Assembly: GCA_963675595.2 (NCBI GenBank)
Contig: CAXXLZ010000002.1
Span: 4,640,001-4,704,000 of the forward strand
Direction of reading: 5' to 3'
Origin: Thermodesulfobacteriota bacterium
Lineage (GTDB): Bacteria > Desulfobacterota > Desulfarculia > JACQYL01
DNA length: 64,000 nucleotides
The position numbers and the translations under genes were made by a program. The notes beneath the pieces are model-generated. The model saw only the letters and a program-made list of their open reading frames with translations. It ran no database searches and had not been told where the DNA came from. Shown piece after piece: positions 32,978 through 41,301 of the stretch (the first letter of the stretch is position 1; each line of letters begins with the position of its first letter).

Positions 32978-34516
32978 GTTTTCAAAATGGCCTTTTTTCT
33001 TCGGAAATAAGGCCGTTTCTTTTTTGTGGGCCAAGTTGCTTTCAGCAAGAATATTAAATGGTTGCCTGTAGTTCGGGATGAGGTGTCCATCCTTCCAGAT
33101 CGAGTTCGAACACACAAAATTGATGATGCGGCGTTTTTCCTGCGCCGTTTGTTTTTCATAAAGAACTACGGCACGTTGTGCAAGTTCGAGCAATTTGGAC
33201 CCCTCATCCAAATATGAACGGTTGGCATTCTGGAGCTGTTCGATTCTTCGCAAGATTTCATCCTGCTCACTCTTCCAGACCGTACTTTTCCGGTCGTAAA
33301 AATCTTGATCGATTCTCCCATCGAGTTTGTCTTCGTACATGGCGTCCAGCCGGTGCTGCAATTTTTCATACTGGGTTTGAAGAGCCGTCATGCGGTCGGC
33401 GTGATACTTTCGGGTGTCTGCATGGCTCTCCTTGAGCGCAGCAATGACCCACGTCATAACGTCATGATCCATTTTGATGGCGCCGATTGCCTGCCCGAAT
33501 TGCCGAGCAATCTCTTCCTCCCGAACCCATTTCTCCGGGCACTTCCCCTTATTGCCGGTACAGTGGTAATAAACATACTGCTTCTTCTTTATCTCGGCGA
33601 CCAAGGCGCAGCCGCAGTGCCCGCACGACAACAAACCCTGGAAGGCCCAGCTGTGTTTTTGCCGGCCTGTTTTCCTGCGGCCTTTTTCGTCCATGACCGC
33701 CTGGACTCGCTCGAAAAGTTCCCTTGATACCAGGGGCTCGTGAATGCCCTTGTAAGTCTTGCCTGCCCAGCGAAACTCGCCGTAGTACAGGGAATTCTTC
33801 AGAATCTTGTGCACCACGCTCTTAGGGATCGCCCGGTTGCTTTTCCGAAAGGCAAACCCTTCATCCTGGGCTTTTCTGGTCAGTTCAAGTAAGGAATAGT
33901 TCCCGGTAGCGTACCATTCAAAAAGGCGTCGGACTTGGGGACCGACAACCGGGTCCGGTTGAATGATGCGTTTTCCATTACATTCAAGGTTGATGTATCC
34001 CAGAGGAGCGAAAGAGGGATAGATGCCTTGTTCCGCCTTTTCGACCATGCCTTTCTTGGTTTCTTCGGACAGGTTGTCGATGTAGTTCTTGGCCATCAAT
34101 ACCTTGATGCCGTGCATGAATTTTTCCGACGACCTGGATTCCTGGGAAAGAGTAACGTTTTCCTTCACGAAATGGATTTCAAGCTCAAGTTCGTCAAGCG
34201 TTACCCAGTCTTTGAGATTCCGGTACAGACGATCCGTTTTCTCTACGAGCAGGGTTCGGCAGGGAGAAGGGTGCTTGGATTTGGCCTCTTCCCGAAGAAA
34301 CTTGATCATTTCGGAAAATCCCGACCTTCCCGCCTTCTTCGCAGTCTCCACATCAACGTATTCCTGAACAACCTGGAGCCTGTTGTCGGCGGCGTAGTGG
34401 TTGAGCAATTTGAGCTGGGCCGGAATGGAGAAGCCTTCCTTTTCCTGCTCTTTGGAAGACACTCTGGCGTAAACTACGGCTCTTGGAACAGGGGGTGATT
34501 GCTGGTCGTTCTTCAT
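32936..34516 (-). CDS. Large serine recombinase (integrase)
   Basis: YARVSS catalytic Ser, DRLYRN, APLGY, Zn-ribbon LLSCGHCG..YYHC..KC, coiled coil; last codons overlap the tRNA. Confidence 0.95.
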   Translation of the reverse strand: MKNDQQSPPVPRAVVYARVSSKEQEKEGFSIPAQLKLLNHYAADNRLQVVQEYVDVETAKKAGRSGFSEMIKFLREEAKSKHPSPCRTLLVEKTDRLYRNLKDWVTLDELELEIHFVKENVTLSQESRSSEKFMHGIKVLMAKNYIDNLSEETKKGMVEKAEQGIYPSFAPLGYINLECNGKRIIQPDPVVGPQVRRLFEWYATGNYSLLELTRKAQDEGFAFRKSNRAIPKSVVHKILKNSLYYGEFRWAGKTYKGIHEPLVSRELFERVQAVMDEKGRRKTGRQKHSWAFQGLLSCGHCGCALVAEIKKKQYVYYHCTGNKGKCPEKWVREEEIARQFGQAIGAIKMDHDVMTWVIAALKESHADTRKYHADRMTALQTQYEKLQHRLDAMYEDKLDGRIDQDFYDRKSTVWKSEQDEILRRIEQLQNANRSYLDEGSKLLELAQRAVVLYEKQTAQEKRRIINFVCSNSIWKDGHLIPNYRQPFNILAESNLAHKKETALFPKKKGHFENWLPGQDSNLQPSG

Positions 34517-34537
34517 GGTGGTCGGGCCTCCAGGCCT

Positions 34538-34858
34538 TCAATCCGTTTTCATTGGCTTGGCTGCGGCCAGCTTGATTTCATCGAGAACGGCTTGTTCTTT
34601 CTTCTTCGCTCTATACAGATCCCAGCGGGTCTGCAGGTTCATCCAGAAATCTTCGGGCACCCCAAAGAACTTGGCCAGGCGCAGGGACGTGCTGGGCGTC
34701 ACTCCACGCTTGCCGTTAACAAGTTCGTTGACACGCTGGAACGGAACCAGGATGCCGTCGGCAAGCTGCTGCTGCGTGATCCCCAAGGGCTGAAGAAAGC
34801 CTTCACGGAGCGTCTCTCCCGGATGGGTTGGCTTTTTGTCACTTGGGGTTGTCGCCAT
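34538..34858 (-). CDS. higA: HigA family antitoxin / XRE regulator (no adjacent toxin)
   Basis: PTHPGETLRE.FL.PLGITQ..LA, RVNELVNGKRGVT..LRLAKFFG..FWMNLQ. Confidence 0.88.
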   Translation of the reverse strand: MATTPSDKKPTHPGETLREGFLQPLGITQQQLADGILVPFQRVNELVNGKRGVTPSTSLRLAKFFGVPEDFWMNLQTRWDLYRAKKKEQAVLDEIKLAAAKPMKTD

Positions 34859-34989
34859 TTTGTCCCCTCGGCAGGAATGAGTTGTTTCGTACTTCGATGC
34901 TATCACGCTATCACGGTGTCTGTGCTATTGCAAGGCCAAGAGTTATCACGTTTCGCCAGGCGAAACCGTTTTTTCAAAAACAAACCCAA

Positions 34990-35862
34990 TCATCCTTCCT
35001 TAGTGGGCAGGTCCAGGAAATCGTCGGCGCTTTCGCCGCTTCTTGCCCGGCTGTCCTGCAAGGCCTTCAAGGCGGCGAGGTTGCGGAAGATGGACCGTTC
35101 CAAAGAGTTCTCGTACTTGATGACGTTATTCAAATCGGGCGCTGCAGGCAGCGACTTGGCCTTCCGGATTCGGTCGAATTTCACCTGCCAAGTTCTGACT
35201 TCCTCCATCTCGGCGAGCACCCGCTCTTCCTCTTCCAACCTCTCCTTGCGCAGTTTGCCCTGCATCTGAGGGGACAAGGAGGCCACGTACTTTTGGGCGG
35301 CTTCGTAATCCTTTTCGGCAAACTCGGCTTCTTCCATGTTTATTCGGAACCAGAGGACATATTCCAAGGTTGCTTTGTCTTTTGACAGATCAAAGCCTGA
35401 ACTCCGCATCTCGGCCACTTTGCAGCACTGCGCCCGATACTCTGCATCTGTGATTTCGTCGTCGTAGCCATAATACTGCAATTCAGGCCGTTGCCGGGAA
35501 AAATAGGAGTTGCTGTAGTATGACCGGAGGGCGGTTTCCCGGAAATCATCCAGCCGCTCTCGGATCTCTCCGGTTTCATGTCGAAGCAACCGCCTCAACC
35601 GCCAGTAATTGACGGCAATCTTCTCCACAAGTATCGTCTCCATACGGCCAACCGGGGCGAGGTCCTTTTTTAGATCGGCAAATAGTTCGTAGTATTCCAA
35701 TTCATCTTCACGACCGTCGCCGACGTTGATTACCATATCCTTGGCGAAGATACCGTGCTTCACCGCGTTTCTGGAAACGATGGCTTTTCCTTCCGCCGAG
35801 GTGGGACCGGTCGACAATTGCGCATTCCGAGCATTCGCCGATTCCTGTTTTTCTGAAGCCAT
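34990..35862 (-). CDS. Hypothetical protein with N-terminal STGPxxxEGK...NAxKHG motif
   Basis: ANARNAQLSTGPTSAEGKAIVSRNAVKHG, WRLRR, YENSLER; AAGGAGG RBS. Confidence 0.75.
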   Translation of the reverse strand: MASEKQESANARNAQLSTGPTSAEGKAIVSRNAVKHGIFAKDMVINVGDGREDELEYYELFADLKKDLAPVGRMETILVEKIAVNYWRLRRLLRHETGEIRERLDDFRETALRSYYSNSYFSRQRPELQYYGYDDEITDAEYRAQCCKVAEMRSSGFDLSKDKATLEYVLWFRINMEEAEFAEKDYEAAQKYVASLSPQMQGKLRKERLEEEERVLAEMEEVRTWQVKFDRIRKAKSLPAAPDLNNVIKYENSLERSIFRNLAALKALQDSRARSGESADDFLDLPTKEG

Positions 35863-36136
35863 TGCGGTTCCTCCTTGAACATGTCTGTAAATGATCTTTA
35901 GTGTTCGACTCGACTAAAGCCTCCGCCATACACGCGTTCCCTCCCAAATTTCTTCAGAATCGTTCGATGAACGTATCATATAACCATTTGGAAACACTAT
36001 ATAAACCCCGATATTGCATCGTGTTGCGCACGTCCTTGCGTTGCGCAGAATAGGCCTGTTTTTGTTGCGAATGTTCGGACCGAAACGGGGTTTCTTCACA
36101 ATATCCTCGGTAATTTTTAATGCATTTCCGAGCACA

Positions 36137-38251
36137 TCACGCCTCCTGGTTGCGGGTTTCATGGCCATTCATGAGTTCGTCCAAACCAGCAATCCACCGT
36201 TCCAGCTCTTCACCGTCTCCATCCTTGTTCCAACAGTCGGGTCTGGCGATATTGACCTCCACCTGGGGTCTGAGCACGGGGAAGTATTCCTGCAGGGTGT
36301 CGCACATGACTCTTGAGGTAAGGGCGGCGACGTTTTCCAGAGCGCTGAACGGCGCTTCAAAAATGAAAGCGTCGTGCAGGGGAATGATGATCCGGGCATC
36401 GTACTGCCTGTAAAGTCTGTCTAGCCGATTGCCTGCAGCCTTGAACACCACGGCGGCGCTTCCCTGTACGGGGTGGTTGGTCAGCCAGTTCTTCTCCCAT
36501 CGAGTGGCCTCGCCGGTCTTTGCCCGATATCGTTTCAAGCCGCTGATGGTGTAGGCATACCCTCTGATCGCCCCACAATGCGACGCCAGGGCCAGGGCTT
36601 CCTGCAACTTGGGAAACATGGCCATGAACCGATTCTGCAAAGCCGCCGCCTTGCCCTTGGAGGTCCCCAGGGTCTGGGCGAGGCCGACCGGAGTTATGCC
36701 GTAAATGATCCCCAGAGTGCATGATTTCATCTGATTCCGAAGAGCCTTGTGCTTTGCCTTGAACTCCTTGCCGGAAATGTTGATATCTTCTTCCGGCAGC
36801 TCATCTCGGAAAAAATGCTGGGCCATGGAGGAATAGACATCGCCGGAATTGAACATCCCGACCAGCGCGTCATCGCCATACATGGCGGCAGCTACCCCAA
36901 CCTCAACTTGGCTCCAGTCCACTTCACCGATGCCGTAGCCTTCCGCCGGAACAACAAGGGGCCGGAGCACCCGGTCCAGTCCAAGGAAATTCGGCCAACG
37001 GCTTGTCTGCCTGCCGGTGTCCGTGCCAAGCTGCCGATGCTCCGCCCGGACGCGGCCGTCCGCACCGACAAAATCAGGCGACAGAAGTTTGTCCCCCAGC
37101 AGGTCGGCGGCCCTTCTTGCCGCTCTCAGCAGGGTGATAGCCGGGTGCAGGTCCGCATTCTTCTTCAGCGCCTTCTTGTCAAATCTCACTTTTCCACCCA
37201 GCAAAAACCTGTGCAGAAGGCCGCACCCCTGGAAGAATTCGGCCAGCTGTTTGTGGCTCTGTGTATTCCGGATGCCGTATTCAGCGGCCAGGTGCCTTTC
37301 GAGCTTCTCCAGATGCATACCGATTCTGGGGATGGCCTCATCCCGCTTTCGCTCATCCACCCGTACCCCGTTCCACTCAATACGGGCGTTGGTGACCACC
37401 CAATCCATCTCCACGGTTTCGCAATGACGTACCAAGCCGTGCTGCAAAGCCTTTTGGAGCTGAAAAGGATAGAGCAAACCCGCAGCGACGGCGTCTTCGG
37501 CGGCATATTCGATCTGCTCCTCAGAAAACCGGGCTTCCGCAGGATGGTTCAAGAAGGATAGTTGGAGCCTTTCCTTTTCCGCTGCCATGCGATAAGCTAC
37601 TCCGTAGCGTTGGCAGGTCGCCACGAGGGAGAACCCATGCACTTTGTCTTCGTCGCTTTCCTCCTTGGCCGGAATCCGCTCAAGTTCGTCCGCTTTTCCT
37701 TGTATTTTGTATCTGTGATGGTGCAGGCCTAAATGCAGGAGTTTCTCGAAGATGAACGTATCCCAGAGTATATGCGGCTCTTGAAGGCCGAGCCGCCACA
37801 GGCAGAAAAGTTCAACCTTGACGAAATGACCGACAAAGGGAAGAGGTAGTCGAAACAGCTCGCTCAGGACCGGCGATAATTCAGGTTTTCGCAGATCAAC
37901 GACAAAATTGTAGAGATAACCTTCTCCATCATCGGACGGCTCCGCCATGGCCAGAGACAGGAGAAGCGGCCGTATGCTGCGCGGGTCGTAGACGGTGTTT
38001 CTTCTGTCGATCTTGACCCCCGGTCGGTCATACCCAAACTCGGTATCAAAACCGATATGAGAAAGCGGCCGCTGCAGGGCAAAATCGACCATGGCCCGGG
38101 CATCAGCAATTGCTTCGATGAAATGGGTCTTCTTTGCATAATACCGAGGCGATTTCCTTAGGCCATAGGATATCCGGCCGGCTGCCGGTTTCTGCTCCGC
38201 GTCCTGAACTCGCTCTTTCCAGATTGGTAGAAGTTCCATCGGGCTCACCAT
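36137..38251 (-). CDS. Family A DNA polymerase (3'-5' exonuclease + polymerase, no 5'-3' exonuclease)
   Basis: ExoI FDTEF, ExoIII YAAEDA, TGR.TSR.PN, motif A DWSQVE, motif B RNQMKSCTLGIIYG, NHPVQGSAA, motif C LHDA. Confidence 0.93.
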   Translation of the reverse strand: MVSPMELLPIWKERVQDAEQKPAAGRISYGLRKSPRYYAKKTHFIEAIADARAMVDFALQRPLSHIGFDTEFGYDRPGVKIDRRNTVYDPRSIRPLLLSLAMAEPSDDGEGYLYNFVVDLRKPELSPVLSELFRLPLPFVGHFVKVELFCLWRLGLQEPHILWDTFIFEKLLHLGLHHHRYKIQGKADELERIPAKEESDEDKVHGFSLVATCQRYGVAYRMAAEKERLQLSFLNHPAEARFSEEQIEYAAEDAVAAGLLYPFQLQKALQHGLVRHCETVEMDWVVTNARIEWNGVRVDERKRDEAIPRIGMHLEKLERHLAAEYGIRNTQSHKQLAEFFQGCGLLHRFLLGGKVRFDKKALKKNADLHPAITLLRAARRAADLLGDKLLSPDFVGADGRVRAEHRQLGTDTGRQTSRWPNFLGLDRVLRPLVVPAEGYGIGEVDWSQVEVGVAAAMYGDDALVGMFNSGDVYSSMAQHFFRDELPEEDINISGKEFKAKHKALRNQMKSCTLGIIYGITPVGLAQTLGTSKGKAAALQNRFMAMFPKLQEALALASHCGAIRGYAYTISGLKRYRAKTGEATRWEKNWLTNHPVQGSAAVVFKAAGNRLDRLYRQYDARIIIPLHDAFIFEAPFSALENVAALTSRVMCDTLQEYFPVLRPQVEVNIARPDCWNKDGDGEELERWIAGLDELMNGHETRNQEA

Positions 38252-38254
38252 AAA

Positions 38255-38308
38255 AAAGGTGCCGGCTTCCCTTATAAAGAATTACCTATAAGGGGTGGTG
38301 GCACCTTT
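38255..38308. repeat. 54-bp symmetric inverted repeat with AT-rich centre (candidate origin)
   Basis: AAAGGTGCC-N5-CCCTTATA-N10-TATAAGGG-N5-GGCACCTTT spanning the helicase stop and the polymerase start region. Confidence 0.75.
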
Positions 38309-40110
38309 GGATTCCAGTATCGTTTGATCGTCCTTGTGCTTACCCCCAACAGGGCGGCGGCTTCACGCTGCTTCAACCCTTCGCTTCTGGCCTCCATAAT
38401 CTGGGTGTGCAGTTCCGCCGTCCGTGCGGACCTTCTGCCGAGGATGCCGAAATAGTCTCGTGCCTCGCCGATACTGTTGAACTCCCGCGTATAGGCGAGG
38501 TCCGGATGATCGGCGCACTGAAAGGTAATGACCTCCCTCGGCTTGGTGTAAGGCCGCACCCTACCCACCGCCTGGAGCACGGTATCCATTTCCTGGTGGT
38601 TCAGGGCATGTTGCGCCAGAGTGTGCAGATCATAGATGCGGTCCCCCTTGTTCCGGACCCCGGCCCGTCGCCTGCACGGCCTGCCTTCAATGGAGATTTT
38701 CAGCGGCAGGTTCATATCGGAACCAAGGATATCCTGAAGAATACCGTTAATGGCTTCTTCAGTGACGTAATAGCCGGTGAGGCAATACGCGCAGTCGAAA
38801 TCCTCGAAGAGGTTGGTGCCGATCATGCCGTAGTGGATGAGTGGCAACACTTTGGCGTCCCGCAACAGCTCGGTCTGCCGGCCGTTGATGACCACTCGCA
38901 CTTCGACGCCCAGCGCCCGGAGCCGCTCTTCCATCTGGCGGGCGCAGAACGCGCAGAAACATTTCTTGGCCAGCAGCAAGGGGCGCTTTCCCTCGCGGAG
39001 CCTCTTGGCGACCAGACCAGCAAAGAAGTCCAGAATCTGGCCGGAGTTCTTCTTGAAATACTTTCGCGCCCCCAGCCGGCATGCGATGTTGAACCACCGG
39101 GTCTCAGCGTGGCTGAAAGAATAGTCCTCAAAGGGGCTGGCGAATTCCGTACCCAGCCGGTAGGTCGTGAATTCCTGGTGAGCCGTGCCGCTGTAAATGA
39201 TGAAATCCGTGGAGACGCCGGGCACGGCGGCAAAAAGGATATCGCCGTTGGCCGATCGCTCCCTGGATTCCAGCGGGGAGCGGCCGAAATGGATCAAATC
39301 AAAGCCAAGGAAAGAAAAGGCTTCGCCGTACAGACTGAATCCGCGAGTCTGCACGGCGAGCGACCAATCATGATGGATTTGAGGAAAGCACCAGTCGTGA
39401 ATGCGCAAATCGCTGGTTCCGGCGACAAGAAGCAAGTCACAGAGATACAGCCAACGCGCATGGAGTTTCCGCCGGCTTCGCGGGTTCATCTTGCTCAGGA
39501 CATCAACAAAAGCCCGCAGCCGCACGCGGTCGATTGTGCGCCGAAAGGGTTTCATGATGCAATTGGCCTCGTCGAGAATGACCAGAACTCGCTCCGCTCC
39601 AGCCCACTGGGCAAGTTGATCCAGGAAATAGGGGGACCTTTCCAGGTGGGCCTGGGTGCCGAAGACTGCTTTGGCGCCTTTGATCGACCGGCCGAATTGC
39701 CGGGGCCATGCACACTCTGGCCGCAGAAGGCACTGGCCGCACAACTCGGTGCGGCCGAGAGCTCCCAAGCCGTTTCGCTCAAACACCTGCCAGTGGCGGT
39801 TCATGTCGGCACCGCATCGATTCCCGGGTCGTGGTTTCAAATTGACCAGTTTGATTCCCGTCGGCGGGCGCTGCACCCATTTCCGCTCTTCGATGACTTG
39901 CCGGGTGGGGAAAAGGGCGATAACGAGGTCGTAGAGTTCGGAGGCAACCGCTTCCTCGATGGTCAGGTCGATGTTGTGGCTTTTCCCTACTCCCACGGCC
40001 CAATCAACCCGTAACCGCCCGTTATGCTCCGCCAGAAGTTCCAGCATCCGCTTTCCGTCCCAGTGCCGCCGAAAGGCGGCCAGCTCATCAGGACCGCTGA
40101 TCACCGGCAT
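38272..40110 (-). CDS. SF2-helicase-like protein with Cys cluster and C-terminal HTH
   Basis: Walker A AVGVGKS, Walker B ILDEA, motif VI QAVGRVR, C..CxxC..C cluster, HTH LKQREAAALLGVSTRTIKRYW. Confidence 0.75.
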   Translation of the reverse strand: MPVISGPDELAAFRRHWDGKRMLELLAEHNGRLRVDWAVGVGKSHNIDLTIEEAVASELYDLVIALFPTRQVIEERKWVQRPPTGIKLVNLKPRPGNRCGADMNRHWQVFERNGLGALGRTELCGQCLLRPECAWPRQFGRSIKGAKAVFGTQAHLERSPYFLDQLAQWAGAERVLVILDEANCIMKPFRRTIDRVRLRAFVDVLSKMNPRSRRKLHARWLYLCDLLLVAGTSDLRIHDWCFPQIHHDWSLAVQTRGFSLYGEAFSFLGFDLIHFGRSPLESRERSANGDILFAAVPGVSTDFIIYSGTAHQEFTTYRLGTEFASPFEDYSFSHAETRWFNIACRLGARKYFKKNSGQILDFFAGLVAKRLREGKRPLLLAKKCFCAFCARQMEERLRALGVEVRVVINGRQTELLRDAKVLPLIHYGMIGTNLFEDFDCAYCLTGYYVTEEAINGILQDILGSDMNLPLKISIEGRPCRRRAGVRNKGDRIYDLHTLAQHALNHQEMDTVLQAVGRVRPYTKPREVITFQCADHPDLAYTREFNSIGEARDYFGILGRRSARTAELHTQIMEARSEGLKQREAAALLGVSTRTIKRYWNPKVPPPLIGNSL

Positions 40111-40771
40111 GGACTCTGACCCCCTTGAGAGCCATCATTTTGCCGATCTCTTCGACGCCGGCCAGCTGCTCGTTGCCGATACGCGGGTACACGGCGGCAA
40201 GAACGTGAAGCCCGGCCTCGTAGTCGTCCAGAAAGCGCCGAATTGCCGCTTCACCGCCGTCCACATCCTCCCGAAGTTCCGCTGTGGAGACGGTGTATTT
40301 TGCCCCTTCCCTGGTCACGAACAGGACCGTGGGCTTTCCGGCCTTCAGGACATTGGATATCTGGGGCAGCAGGGCGAACGGCCTCAACGACCGGCTCACC
40401 GGCAGGAGGCCGACACAACCGGCCGCCGGCAGATAGACTGGGAGCAGCAGCCGCTGGTCCCGCTTGCGGCCAATGCGGCACAGCACGCAGTCCGGGCCGT
40501 TGCAGACGACATAGCCGTTGATCTCGGTTTCAGAGCAGTAGTGAAGGTCAATGGCCTCGCTGTCGGCCGTGAAGGGGATGATGGCGGTTTCGTCGGAGCC
40601 CAGGCGGACTAGTTCGAGCAGTGGCTCCGCCGATTCGGCCGCCGCCACATCAAGAAGGTTGACTCTGTTGGATTGGTTTTCAGACATGGCAGTCTCCTCC
40701 GGCTCTCTTGTTGATTCATCAAATAGGTTGGCCTGTTTCGATTTCCCGTCTCCGCTCATGTTGGACTCCAT
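40088..40771 (-). CDS. Hypothetical Zn-binding protein, putative gp32-like ssDNA-binding protein
   Basis: H..C..CVLC motif (LHYC...VVCNGPDCVLC), acidic beta-rich sequence, overlaps the helicase start. Confidence 0.5.
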   Translation of the reverse strand: MESNMSGDGKSKQANLFDESTREPEETAMSENQSNRVNLLDVAAAESAEPLLELVRLGSDETAIIPFTADSEAIDLHYCSETEINGYVVCNGPDCVLCRIGRKRDQRLLLPVYLPAAGCVGLLPVSRSLRPFALLPQISNVLKAGKPTVLFVTREGAKYTVSTAELREDVDGGEAAIRRFLDDYEAGLHVLAAVYPRIGNEQLAGVEEIGKMMALKGVRVHAGDQRS

Positions 40772-40861
40772 AAAATGTGTTTGATCTGATTGGTTCCGTC
40801 TGCTCTATCTCCTCTGGTGGAGCCCGGCCCAAGGGTGACGGGGAGGGTACTGGTAGAGGAT

Positions 40862-41071
40862 TCATTGCACCGCCCTTACATCCATTGGACCTTCTGGCGA
40901 CTCTGCACTCTCTTCTTTGTCCTCAGCCTCGGCCCATTCCTGCAACACCCGGAAAAAACCCCCGACATTCTCAACCGCCTGCCGGGCATCCTCTTCGGAG
41001 ATCGCCCTGCCGGTCCGGCGCTCGAACAGCGACATGGTCTGTTTAAGAATTTCCGGGCTGTACTGCGCCAT
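40862..41071 (-). CDS. Small hypothetical protein of integrative elements
   Basis: 69 aa, GGAGG RBS; ISEEDARQAVENVGGFFRVLQEW resembles small proteins I recall near tRNA-targeting serine recombinases. Confidence 0.6.
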   Translation of the reverse strand: MAQYSPEILKQTMSLFERRTGRAISEEDARQAVENVGGFFRVLQEWAEAEDKEESAESPEGPMDVRAVQ

Positions 41072-41186
41072 TGCCGCCCTCCAAACAAAAGAGACCCTGA
41101 GGAGCCCAGCCCGACTTGGACTTTGCAGGGTCAGCATCGCCTCGCGGCGATTCTCACTGTCCAGCAAATCGGGCTTTACCCCGATT

Positions 41187-41299
41187 GGTGAAAAGTCACC
41201 GGATCAGTGTGCTTTTTTTGTTTGGATGTGCTAACTAATTGGAATAACTGGAATAACAAGATGAAAAATAATTTCGGCCGGCCGGTGAAATTTCACCGG
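41187..41299. promoter_or_regulatory. Paired GGTGA-N4-TCACC palindromes (putative operators)
   Basis: Perfect CCGGTGAAATTTCACCGG at 41282-41299 and GGTGAAAAGTCACC at 41187-41200, with TGGAATAAC tandem repeat between. Confidence 0.6.
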
Positions 41300-41301
41300 A
41301 A

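Noticed and set aside
38407-40014. 535-aa plus-strand ORF
   Set aside because: Antisense to the helicase-like gene, which carries the recognisable motifs
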